From: a virus
Lineage: Duplodnaviria > Caudoviricetes
Virus record (IMG/VR): IMGVR_UViG_3300032312_001822
Coordinates: 1-64,000 of that record
DNA length: 64,000 bases
Direction: 5' to 3' (one strand)
Part shown: in pieces, positions 37,606 to 45,683 of the stretch
Numbering within the stretch: the first letter of the stretch is position 1
How the letters are laid out: each line of letters begins with the position of its first letter
Translations under genes and position numbers: made by a program
Notes under the pieces: generated by a model
The model's input: the letters and a program-made list of their open reading frames with translations, nothing else
What the model was told of the DNA's origin: nothing
Database searches by the model: none

Positions 37606-37815
37606 ATGAATTACCTTTATAAACATAATGATAAATTATATTTGGTGCTTAGAAACATGCCCGAACATAATTTTAAAAATAAGGATGGGTCTTTTAATAT
37701 GGAGGTTTTAAGGGCATGGCGCGATCATTTAGGTGGCGACCATGTCTTAAAACAACATGACAGATTTTTAATAGTAGAAACAATACAAGAAATAGAATAT
37801 GAAACAAGTAATTAG
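37606..37815 (+). CDS. Hypothetical protein
   Basis: ORF track. Confidence 0.65.
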   Translation: MNYLYKHNDKLYLVLRNMPEHNFKNKDGSFNMEVLRAWRDHLGGDHVLKQHDRFLIVETIQEIEYETSN

Positions 37816-38050
37816 ATTTACAGCCGCTTGGTGCGGCCCATGTAAAGTATATGCCCCAACATTTGAAAGAGTGGCTAATGAGGTATCAGGAGTACAATTT
37901 GAAACAGTAGATGTTGATTCAACAGATCCAAGAATAACTGAAATGGGTATTAGAGGAGTACCAACAACTGTGGTTTTAGAAAACGGTCAGGTTGTTAAAA
38001 AACAATCTGGGAATATGGGAGCAGAACAGTTGAAACAACTTATTGGATAA
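37799..38050 (+). CDS. trxA: Thioredoxin
   Basis: WCGPC active site and cis-Pro loop GVPT. Confidence 0.93.
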   Translation: MKQVIRFTAAWCGPCKVYAPTFERVANEVSGVQFETVDVDSTDPRITEMGIRGVPTTVVLENGQVVKKQSGNMGAEQLKQLIG

Positions 38051-38297
38051 AATTCATATGAATAAGATACAAGAAATTTTTACAGCATGGGCTATAGCAT
38101 TTGACCCAACACAAGAACAATCTGAATTAGCAAGTGAAAGAATTCAAATTTGTAATGAATGTGAATTTAAAAATACCATTCCTATCATACATTGTGGTGA
38201 GTGTGGGTGTGCTTTAAAAGCTAAAATATTTTCACCTGTTAAAGGAGCTTGTCCTAAGAGTAAATGGGATGAAGTTGATAATAAATTCTTACCGTAG
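38043..38297 (+). CDS. Small Cys-rich metal-binding protein
   Basis: CNEC, CGECGC and CP..KW. Confidence 0.7.
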   Translation: MDKIHMNKIQEIFTAWAIAFDPTQEQSELASERIQICNECEFKNTIPIIHCGECGCALKAKIFSPVKGACPKSKWDEVDNKFLP

Positions 38298-38303
38298 GAA
38301 ATG

Positions 38304-38333
38304 TTTGGAAAACTAGAAAACACTTCGTATATT
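38304..38333 (+). promoter_or_regulatory. Early-type promoter of the ligase gene
   Basis: TTTGG at 38304 and CGTATATT at 38326. Confidence 0.7.
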
Positions 38334-38357
38334 AAGGTATAAATAAAAATAAAAGTT

Positions 38358-39473
38358 ATGATATTACCAATTTTATATAAGCGTTCAAATAGTAAAGAAC
38401 ATATCAACCAATGGCAAATTGAAGTTGAAGGAAATAAATTTAGAACTACAACTGGGTTTGTAGGTATGAAGATGTTTACAGGTGATTGGACTGAATGTAC
38501 TCCCAAAAATATAGGTAAAAAGAATTCAACAACAGCTGAAGAACAAGCCTTATTTGAAGCTAATGCACTTCATACTAAACGTAAAGATTTAGGTTATTGG
38601 GAAGATATAAATGACTGTGATAAGAAAGTATTCTTTCAACCTATGTTAGCTCAAGACTATGATAAGAGAAAAGACAAAATTAAATTTCCTATACTTTCTC
38701 AACCTAAATTAGATGGTATCAGATGTATTATTAAATCAGATGGTATGTGGACAAGAAATGGTAAAGAGATTATATCCGCACCTCACATATATGAATATTT
38801 AAAACATATCTTTGATAATCAACCCGACTTAGTATTAGACGGTGAATTATATACTTCAGATAGAGATGTTGATTTTAATACTATTATTTCATGTGTTAGA
38901 AAAACAAAACCCACACAAGCTGATTTAGAAATGTCAGCTAAATATATTGAGTTTTGGGCTTATGATTTATATGATGGTGAAGATTTAACCTATGAAGATA
39001 GAAGAAATTTATTAAAAGAGTTAGAAAGTAGATATAATGTTTATTATCCTTTATACAGAGTAGTTACAACTTATCAATTGCCTGATGAAAAACATGTTAT
39101 GGAACAACTTCAACATTACATTGAACAAGGTTTTGAAGGCCAAATATTAAGAGATCCAAATACACCTTATGAAAATAAAAGATCAAATGGTTTATTAAAA
39201 CATAAAACATTTTTTGATGAGGAGTTTGATATCATTGGTTACGCTGAGGGTGTAGGTAAATTTTCAGGTAAATTAGCAACTTTAAAAGTAGATGTTAATG
39301 GGATTCAAGTTGATTGTACTATAAATGGTACAATGAGTTATTTAGAAGAATTATTTGAAATTAAAGATAGTTTAATAGGTAAAAAAGCAACTGTAAAATA
39401 TTTTGAGAAAACAACTGATAATTCATTACGTTTTCCAAAAGTGATTCAAATTGATAGAAACAGTTATGAATAG
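38358..39473 (+). CDS. lig: ATP-dependent DNA ligase with WGR-like N-terminus
   Basis: PMLAQ, QPKLDGIRC, LDGELY, EGQILR, LLKHK and LRFP. Confidence 0.93.
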   Translation: MILPILYKRSNSKEHINQWQIEVEGNKFRTTTGFVGMKMFTGDWTECTPKNIGKKNSTTAEEQALFEANALHTKRKDLGYWEDINDCDKKVFFQPMLAQDYDKRKDKIKFPILSQPKLDGIRCIIKSDGMWTRNGKEIISAPHIYEYLKHIFDNQPDLVLDGELYTSDRDVDFNTIISCVRKTKPTQADLEMSAKYIEFWAYDLYDGEDLTYEDRRNLLKELESRYNVYYPLYRVVTTYQLPDEKHVMEQLQHYIEQGFEGQILRDPNTPYENKRSNGLLKHKTFFDEEFDIIGYAEGVGKFSGKLATLKVDVNGIQVDCTINGTMSYLEELFEIKDSLIGKKATVKYFEKTTDNSLRFPKVIQIDRNSYE

Positions 39474-39476
39474 AAG

Positions 39477-40094
39477 ATGAAATTAGCAATAGGATTATTT
39501 GGAATACATTATATAAATGAATTGAATCATTGGATGGGTTGGAGAAATGGAGTAGATTATAGAAAAACTTACACTAACCAATCTAATTTAATATACTCTA
39601 AATTCCAAACTAAATATTATTCAGCTACTTATTATTCTGATATTGAAAATGAATTATTATCTAATTATAATTTTTCTAATATCTTATTTAAAGAAGTAGA
39701 TAATTCATCTTCAAATCCCTTAATAAAAAGGAATACTATTTTTAAAAACACAGTTAAATTGATATTGGATAATGATAAAGATTCTGATTTAATTCTTCTA
39801 ACAAGATATGATTTAGAGTTTAAAGGAGGATTTGATTTATTTAATATTGATTATAATAAAATAAATTTCCTTTGTGGAAATAGAAGTGGTAATGATTCTG
39901 ATTTAGTAGATGATAATTTTTATATAATCCCAAAATCTCTTTTAAAATATTTTTATGAAACCATAAATGAAGCACCTGAAAATGTTTCATCTCATTTATA
40001 TCATAAGTTATTTGAAGATTATAATTTTATGATAAATGAATGGTACTACAGTCATGAAAATCCTTTTTATGAAATAACAAGAATTAAATTATGA
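39477..40094 (+). CDS. Glycosyltransferase-like protein (resembles 30098..30811)
   Basis: KLAIGLFG, DLILLTRYD and DDNFY. Confidence 0.5.
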   Translation: MKLAIGLFGIHYINELNHWMGWRNGVDYRKTYTNQSNLIYSKFQTKYYSATYYSDIENELLSNYNFSNILFKEVDNSSSNPLIKRNTIFKNTVKLILDNDKDSDLILLTRYDLEFKGGFDLFNIDYNKINFLCGNRSGNDSDLVDDNFYIIPKSLLKYFYETINEAPENVSSHLYHKLFEDYNFMINEWYYSHENPFYEITRIKL

Positions 40095-40297
40095 GTAGAA
40101 AACCTTATAGAAGATTTTATTGTGAAGATACATCTCCTACATTAAAATCAATAAGAACCGTCAAGAATCATGGTAAAATTAGGACAATAAATGATTTAAC
40201 TTACGAGCAAATAGGGGATGATATGCTGTATTGTTTTAAAACCTCTCGCGTTGTTAAACTTGGCTCTCTAGAATTGGATTCGTATATTAAGACATAA
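40091..40297 (+). CDS. Hypothetical protein
   Basis: ORF track; the 3' end runs through the next promoter. Confidence 0.45.
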   Translation: MSRKPYRRFYCEDTSPTLKSIRTVKNHGKIRTINDLTYEQIGDDMLYCFKTSRVVKLGSLELDSYIKT

Positions 40298-40313
40298 TTA
40301 AAATATAAAAATT

Positions 40314-40508
40314 ATGAGTAAAGAATTAAGTGAATTAAGTATAGATGAAATTAATAATAAATTAATTGAAAACTATAAAACTCAAGTTGAGATTTTAAAA
40401 TCAATGGTGGCTGATAGAGATAAATTAATTTCTATGTATGAAAAACAATTACTAATTCAGGATAAACATATTGATGAAATTAATAAAATTATAAAATCAA
40501 ATTTATAA
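40314..40508 (+). CDS. Coiled-coil hypothetical protein
   Basis: ORF track; cassette gene. Confidence 0.7.
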   Translation: MSKELSELSIDEINNKLIENYKTQVEILKSMVADRDKLISMYEKQLLIQDKHIDEINKIIKSNL

Positions 40509-40512
40509 TAAG

Positions 40513-40791
40513 ATGGAGAAAACAGGCAATCTTGAAAAACTAACTTATGACTTTAATACAGCCTCTAATTTAGAAGTTTGGATGCCTAATTTAGATGGGT
40601 GGTATAGAGTTACAAGTAGAGAATTCAGAAGTTTTAATGGTAAGAGGAGAATTAATGGAGAAGAATATAAAGGAGTTGTATTCCATTATGGAACTAATAA
40701 AAGAGCTAACAAGTCATTAGTAGAAGCTAATAAAATAGCAAGTCATAATTACAAAAGTGTTAGGAGACCCGGAGATCAATTAGTATATTAA
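40513..40791 (+). CDS. Hypothetical protein
   Basis: ORF track; WYRVTSREFRSFNG motif. Confidence 0.7.
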   Translation: MEKTGNLEKLTYDFNTASNLEVWMPNLDGWYRVTSREFRSFNGKRRINGEEYKGVVFHYGTNKRANKSLVEANKIASHNYKSVRRPGDQLVY

Positions 40792-40813
40792 ATTAAATAA
40801 AAAATAAATATAA

Positions 40814-41011
40814 ATGGAGAAATTAGGAGCAATATTAACAGCAGTAGCATTATTAGCATTAGGTGCAATTGTATTAGCATGGCCTGTGCAATTATTATGG
40901 AACTATTCACTTGTGGGGGCAGTAGATGGAATAAATCCAATTACATTTTGGCAAGCATTAGGAATTAATTTCTTATTCGGAATATTATTTAAAAATTCAA
41001 GTTCAAAATAA
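40814..41011 (+). CDS. Two-TM small membrane protein
   Basis: Hydrophobic helices; ITFWQALGI motif. Confidence 0.7.
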   Translation: MEKLGAILTAVALLALGAIVLAWPVQLLWNYSLVGAVDGINPITFWQALGINFLFGILFKNSSSK

Positions 41012-41187
41012 TGAGTTACTATCAAGTTATATTAAAATCAGGAAAAGCACACCCGTCTCTTTATAAAACTATACCTAATGCCATTAAAAATGTAGGAGTA
41101 GAGAATATAAAGGAGATTAAAGAAATTAGATCGGAGTTAGTAGATGCTAAATACGAAGAACCAACAGGAACATCAAATATAGAATAA
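41011..41187 (+). CDS. 58-aa hypothetical protein (not in ORF track)
   Basis: MSYYQVILKSGKAHP...GTSNIE*; TAATG-coupled. Confidence 0.6.
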   Translation: MSYYQVILKSGKAHPSLYKTIPNAIKNVGVENIKEIKEIRSELVDAKYEEPTGTSNIE

Positions 41188-41188
41188 T

Positions 41189-41329
41189 ATGAGCAAAAAC
41201 AGCGCCAAAACAAACTACGAACAATTAATTCAGTGGTTACCAACATTAGGACAACCTAAAGTAAAAAAAGAACAACAGTCAACTAAATTTAGTAAAGCTG
41301 ATCATTACAAGAGTAAAGGGGTTAAGTAA
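41189..41329 (+). CDS. 46-aa basic hypothetical protein (not in ORF track)
   Basis: MSKNSAKTNYEQLIQWL...HYKSKGVK*; the stop abuts the next promoter. Confidence 0.6.
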   Translation: MSKNSAKTNYEQLIQWLPTLGQPKVKKEQQSTKFSKADHYKSKGVK

Positions 41330-41379
41330 GTTTTGCTTTTCAAATATCTTTTCGTATATTTAGGTATAAATGAAATGAA

Positions 41380-41556
41380 ATGAAAACTGTACAATTTACC
41401 TTACAAGAAAGATGGGCTGCTTCAAAGCATATGGTTCAAAAATCTAAAAAAACTTACACTAGAAAAGATAAACATAAAAACAAGGACCATAAAGGTCCTT
41501 CTTTTATTGTAATGTTTGGCTCTCCGGGGTATGCTTCGTATATTAAATCATATTAA
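41380..41556 (+). CDS. ArfA/BrfA-like alternative ribosome-rescue factor candidate (not in ORF track)
   Basis: MKTVQFTLQERWAASKHMVQKSKKTYTRKDKHKNKDHKGPSFIVMFGSPGYASYIKSY*; VxKSKK..YxRKxKH motif; has its own promoter and an internal terminator. Confidence 0.55.
   Translation: MKTVQFTLQERWAASKHMVQKSKKTYTRKDKHKNKDHKGPSFIVMFGSPGYASYIKSY
41482..41508 (+). terminator. Intrinsic terminator inside the ArfA-like ORF
   Basis: aaggacc-ataaa-ggtcctt followed by cttttatt. Confidence 0.7.
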
Positions 41557-41575
41557 TAATTAAAAATAAAATGTT

Positions 41576-42313
41576 ATGACAAATCAAGAAACACAATTAG
41601 AATTAGATTTCGGAATGTTAACAGTTGCTCAACAGGAGCGTGTTGACTCATTTATTCAAAACCAAAAAAATATTATTCAAAATAATATTAAAAATAGTAA
41701 TGCTATTGAAATATTATTAAATGAAGGTGGTTTTATTAAAGGTGTTGATTATGAAAACACTATTAAAACTAAAATTGTAACAGAAGTAAAAGAATTTTAT
41801 TGTGATGGTAATTTTAAAACTGATATTACTTATGAAACAGTAGATGGTAATATTTCAATTTTATATAAAAAATATGATTCTAGAGAAAATAAAATTGTAA
41901 CTCAAAAATCATATGTTGGTAAAGAATTAAATAAACTTCAATGTAGTTCTATCACCCCACAATATAGAGCTTACAAACCGAAATCATTATATGAAAAACT
42001 ATTAGAAAATAATAGTAAAGCTCAAAATGAGTATGATAGTGCTAATCGTGAAAAAGCTGTTATTAATTATACTATTGAAAAATACAAAAATTTATTTCCA
42101 AAAGCTGAAATTACAGTAGGTAAAGATTACTATAAAAATTATAGAAGTAATTATATTGAATTTCCAATTGTAATGGTTAAATTTGAAAGTGGTTCATACA
42201 TTAGCTTCAGAATGGGTTTTAAAATTGATGAAGAAGTTGTTTATAAAAAACATGATGCAGTTGCTTCTCAATTAAGCCCAATTGAAATATTAAATATTTT
42301 TAACCAACAATAA
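41576..42313 (+). CDS. Hypothetical cassette protein
   Basis: ORF track; 245 aa. Confidence 0.8.
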   Translation: MTNQETQLELDFGMLTVAQQERVDSFIQNQKNIIQNNIKNSNAIEILLNEGGFIKGVDYENTIKTKIVTEVKEFYCDGNFKTDITYETVDGNISILYKKYDSRENKIVTQKSYVGKELNKLQCSSITPQYRAYKPKSLYEKLLENNSKAQNEYDSANREKAVINYTIEKYKNLFPKAEITVGKDYYKNYRSNYIEFPIVMVKFESGSYISFRMGFKIDEEVVYKKHDAVASQLSPIEILNIFNQQ

Positions 42314-42599
42314 AGTTTGGCTCCCCTAAATTAAATTCGTATATTAAAGTATAATAATAAAAAATATAAATGTTATGACACAAGTAGAAGAAGTAGTTAA
42401 AATTATTGAAAAAAATAAAAATTTAAAAACCAATGAACTAATTTGGTTACCAGAAGTAAAAAAATATAATTTACCAACTTCTACCATTTTAGTATTAATA
42501 GAGGAAGTAAGAAAAAGTGACTTAAAGTAAAGTTTGGCTCCCCTAAATTGATTTCGTATATTAAAGTATAATAATAAAAAATATAAATGTTATGACACA
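42311..42599 (+). repeat. 72-bp direct repeat pair (70/72 identical) flanking one microgene
   Basis: Copies at 42311-42382 and 42528-42599; each runs from the upstream TAA to ATGACACA. Confidence 0.9.
42375..42530 (+). CDS. 51-aa cassette protein (not in ORF track)
   Basis: MTQVEEVVKIIEKNKNL...VRKSDLK*. Confidence 0.7.
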   Translation: MTQVEEVVKIIEKNKNLKTNELIWLPEVKKYNLPTSTILVLIEEVRKSDLK

Positions 42600-43392
42600 G
42601 TTAAAAAAATTATCAAGAGAGGAGTTAAAATCATTAGCACCTCAAGTATTCAATCATCAAGTTAGTTCTAAGTTAACTGACAAGTATGTTCACATTCCAA
42701 CTGATACTATAGTTGAAGATATGGAAAAGTTAGGTTGGTTCCCATATCAAGTGAAAACAGTTAAGGCTAGAAAATCATCAGGCGCAATGGGTAAACACTT
42801 AATTCAGTTTTTTAATCCTGAAATTGTTATTAATAATGAAGCAGGTGAAGCTGATTTATTCCCAAATTTATTATTAATTAATTCACATGACGGTTCTACT
42901 TCAGTAAGATTTGAAATGGGAGTATTCAGATTAGTATGTGAAAATGGTTTAGTAATTAAATCAAAAGATTTTGGAGGTTTCAAAATGAGACATATGGGTT
43001 ATAATTTTGAAGATTTAAGAACCCATATTAGTTCTTTAGTTAAAACATTACCTGATGTAGTTGATAATTTGAATAAATTCTCTCAAGTAATTATGACACC
43101 TGAGCAACAAAATGAATTTGCAAATAAGGCAATTGAAGCTAGGTTTAATGAAGAAAAAACATTACCTCAAAGTGAAATTGATTATTTATTAACACCTGAA
43201 CGTAAAGAAGATAAAGGTGACAATTTATGGGTTGTACTAAATCGTGTACAAGAAAAATTAACTCAAGGGGGTTTTGGTTATTTAAACGCCAAGGGTAAAT
43301 TAAGAAAAACAAGAGCTGTTAAAAACTTTACAATGGATACTGAAATGAATATGAAGTTATGGGAAATTGCTGAAGAGTATTTAGTTAACTAA
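42592..43392 (+). CDS. DUF932 family protein
   Basis: KYVHIPT, LLINSHDGS, FRLVCENG, NLWVVLNRVQE pattern. Confidence 0.8.
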   Translation: MTQLKKLSREELKSLAPQVFNHQVSSKLTDKYVHIPTDTIVEDMEKLGWFPYQVKTVKARKSSGAMGKHLIQFFNPEIVINNEAGEADLFPNLLLINSHDGSTSVRFEMGVFRLVCENGLVIKSKDFGGFKMRHMGYNFEDLRTHISSLVKTLPDVVDNLNKFSQVIMTPEQQNEFANKAIEARFNEEKTLPQSEIDYLLTPERKEDKGDNLWVVLNRVQEKLTQGGFGYLNAKGKLRKTRAVKNFTMDTEMNMKLWEIAEEYLVN

Positions 43393-43397
43393 AATTA

Positions 43398-43416
43398 AGG
43401 GGAGCTTGGCTCCCCT
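43398..43416 (+). terminator. Hairpin overlapping the promoter -33 element
   Basis: aggggagc-ttg-gctcccct. Confidence 0.55.
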
Positions 43417-43453
43417 AATATAAAATCGTATATTAAGTTAAATAAGATAAAAA

Positions 43454-43612
43454 ATGGAAATAATTGTATTACAATTTTCTTTATGTGGGTTAAATTTATT
43501 CGCGGCCAAAGCAACAAAAGATAGAGGTAGAAACCCAGCTTTTAGTTACTTTGTAGCAGGAATGACTTTTGGTTTTGGGGTTGCAAGATTAATTGAATTA
43601 CTATTAAAATAA
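43454..43612 (+). CDS. 52-aa two-TM cassette protein (not in ORF track)
   Basis: MEIIVLQFSLCGLNLFAAKATKDRGRNPAFSYFVAGMTFGFGVARLIELLLK*. Confidence 0.6.
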   Translation: MEIIVLQFSLCGLNLFAAKATKDRGRNPAFSYFVAGMTFGFGVARLIELLLK

Positions 43613-43617
43613 ATAAG

Positions 43618-43806
43618 ATGACATTAACCCCAATTCAAAAATTAAGAGAAGATATTAGAAGCTTTGATTCAGGTTTGTACTTAGGAGTATTATCTTTATT
43701 AGTTGAAGCAGAAGGTCAAGAGAAAGTATTCTTGGAAAAAGTTTATAACGAACCCAAAACAACTGAGTTTGAAGAATATTATAAACAGTTTGGAAAACCT
43801 AAATAG
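43618..43806 (+). CDS. Hypothetical protein
   Basis: ORF track. Confidence 0.6.
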   Translation: MTLTPIQKLREDIRSFDSGLYLGVLSLLVEAEGQEKVFLEKVYNEPKTTEFEEYYKQFGKPK

Positions 43807-43846
43807 GATTCGTATATTAAAGTATAATAATTAAAAATAGAGAGTT

Positions 43847-44035
43847 ATGATATTACAAGTAATTAATACTAAAAAGGAAAAGTTCAATCAAATTAGAACA
43901 ACTAAAGAAAATTTATTTGCTGATTTAAAATTTCAAGGTTGGCATGTACAAGATTGCAAAATAAGTGAATTAAAAGAAGAATTAGTTCACACATTGTACA
44001 GAAGTGCAGATGGTAAAAACACTAGTACAAGATAA
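43847..44035 (+). CDS. Hypothetical cassette protein
   Basis: ORF track; GTTATG start. Confidence 0.7.
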   Translation: MILQVINTKKEKFNQIRTTKENLFADLKFQGWHVQDCKISELKEELVHTLYRSADGKNTSTR

Positions 44036-44043
44036 AAACAAAG

Positions 44044-44145
44044 AGTCAGGAGTCCATTGGTTGGAAGCACCTCCCCAAGGTTAAGTAACATTAAGGCTGA
44101 CTTTTAATGGCAAAGCTGGAGTAGGTTCAAATCCTACCCTGACTT
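44044..44145 (+). ncRNA. tRNA-like RNA with non-canonical core
   Basis: Acceptor stem agtcagg/cctgact; T arm gtagg-ttcaaat-cctac; D-like arm tcca-ttggt-tgga; 55-nt interior with no canonical anticodon loop; no encoded CCA. Confidence 0.65.
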
Positions 44146-44146
44146 C

Positions 44147-44218
44147 TAATAAATGCCTCATAACCATTTATTATTTTTAATTATCGAAAAAGAGCCTAAC
44201 AGAAATGTTAGGCTTTTT
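44147..44218 (+). ncRNA. Putative antisense sRNA 1 (anti-start hairpin plus terminator)
   Basis: taataaatg-cctcataac-catttatta hairpin, then tttttaattat, then terminator agcctaaca-gaaa-tgttaggct-tttt. Confidence 0.55.
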
Positions 44219-44263
44219 GGGTTTAACTTCGTATATTAGGGCATAATTAAAAATTAATATGTT

Positions 44264-44539
44264 ATGAAAAACGAGAAAGTAGGTTACAGTAGAGAAGCAA
44301 TGATTAAGTTTCTAAAAATTGAAGGTGTTTATGTTATTGGAACAACTGAAGAATTTTCAGGTCAAGAAGGTGGAATTTGGGTTGGGGGTGAAGAAATGGA
44401 TGATTTATTTGAATATTATAATAATAGTTCTAAATTCACATTTGGAGTAGAGAAAAAATTAAACGAAGCTGTTAATAAAAGAGGGTGGTGGTTTAGTTGG
44501 AATGATCCGGGTACAATGATGGTGTGGCCAATTAATTAA
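44264..44539 (+). CDS. Hypothetical cassette protein
   Basis: ORF track; RGWWFSWNDPGT motif. Confidence 0.75.
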   Translation: MKNEKVGYSREAMIKFLKIEGVYVIGTTEEFSGQEGGIWVGGEEMDDLFEYYNNSSKFTFGVEKKLNEAVNKRGWWFSWNDPGTMMVWPIN

Positions 44540-44596
44540 AATTTGGCCCCCCTAAATTGAATTCGTATATTAAAGTATAATTAAAAATTAAATGTT

Positions 44597-44809
44597 ATGA
44601 AAATTATTAAAGTTACAAGTTTATCTGATAAAAAATCAGTTTATCTAAATGTTGAAGCCATAGGACACTTTTACACAGTGCCTGAAAAAAGAGATTATGG
44701 TAGAGTTGAAAAAGTAGAACATACTAGAATTGGAGTTACAACCCACAATAATGGAGGGTTTGAAATAACTGAAACCCCTGAAATGTTAATTAAACTAATT
44801 AATAATTAA
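44597..44809 (+). CDS. Hypothetical cassette protein
   Basis: ORF track; YLNVEAI..EITETPE pattern. Confidence 0.7.
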   Translation: MKIIKVTSLSDKKSVYLNVEAIGHFYTVPEKRDYGRVEKVEHTRIGVTTHNNGGFEITETPEMLIKLINN

Positions 44810-44865
44810 TTGGCTTCTAAATATTAAATTCGTATATTATAGTATAATTAAAAATATAAAAAGTT

Positions 44866-45621
44866 ATGAAAAACATTGAAACATTAAATCAGGAAATTGT
44901 AAAGTTAGAAGAACAAAAAACAAATTTCTTAAATTTAGAACAAGATTTAAAAGATGCAAGATCTAATATCTATGTTAGAGAACAACAAGCATTGAGTGAT
45001 TCTTTATTACCATTTTTTGAAAATTTTAAATATGGTGTTAATATTGAAGTTAAAAGAGACTCTATTTATTTTAAAACTGATCACCCTGATTACACTTATC
45101 AAAAAGAATTATTTAGTATTTATTTAAGAGAAAGATACTCAAGTGAGGGTAAAAAATATGATGGGGCTGATTTATCTTATTACACAACTTCTACTAAAGG
45201 AGAAAATACTTGGGAGTTAAAAAGATTACAATTATTAGGAAGAGTAGCTGAAATTTTAGAAGACCAACAAGGACTTATTGTTGATACAGCTAATGATGTT
45301 TCAAATAAATTCAAAGAAGAATTTAATGAAGTTTATGGTAAAATGGGTGTTGTTGGAAATTCTATTAGAGACTTAAATAACCAAATTAGAGAAATCCAAA
45401 AACAAGTAAAAAGAATTGAATTATTTGGAGAAGGAATCCAATTTGAAAAATCAAGATGCATTACTTTGAAACATAATTATGAACCAAGAGTTGTATCTTT
45501 AAAATTAATTGAAGTTTCTAAATCAGGTAAAAAAGCAACTGCTGTATTTGAGTGGGAGAAAGGAAGAGAATCAAGAGAAGAAGGTGTAAATGTTGAAAAA
45601 ATCATTTACCAAGTTATATAA
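44866..45621 (+). CDS. Coiled-coil hypothetical cassette protein
   Basis: ORF track; 251 aa. Confidence 0.8.
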   Translation: MKNIETLNQEIVKLEEQKTNFLNLEQDLKDARSNIYVREQQALSDSLLPFFENFKYGVNIEVKRDSIYFKTDHPDYTYQKELFSIYLRERYSSEGKKYDGADLSYYTTSTKGENTWELKRLQLLGRVAEILEDQQGLIVDTANDVSNKFKEEFNEVYGKMGVVGNSIRDLNNQIREIQKQVKRIELFGEGIQFEKSRCITLKHNYEPRVVSLKLIEVSKSGKKATAVFEWEKGRESREEGVNVEKIIYQVI

Positions 45622-45683
45622 GTGCCTCATAACCACTTATTATTTTAATTATATTTTGTTAAAGCTCCTTATTAAGGGGCTTT
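45618..45683 (+). ncRNA. Putative antisense sRNA 2 (anti-start hairpin plus hairpin)
   Basis: ataagtg-cctcataac-cacttat hairpin, then tattttaattat, then aaagctcctt-att-aaggggcttt. Confidence 0.55.

Noticed and set aside
41368-41382. ATGAA x3 microrepeat at the ArfA-like start as a phase-variable switch
   Set aside because: Only three short units; the two upstream ATGs are out of frame and could be chance in an A-rich leader. Not supportable without population reads.
44044-44145. Calling the element tRNA-Gly(CCC), tRNA-Ser(TGA) or tmRNA
   Set aside because: Neither candidate loop has U33 on a full 5-bp stem in the right position, and there is no G3-U70 pair or tag reading frame.
44083-45631. 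Minus-strand micro-ORFs starting MRHL at the two anti-start hairpins
   Set aside because: They are only 26 and 19 codons, diverge after four residues, run antisense to a tRNA-like RNA and a gene end, and have no minus-strand promoter. Stem covariation favours a + strand RNA structure.
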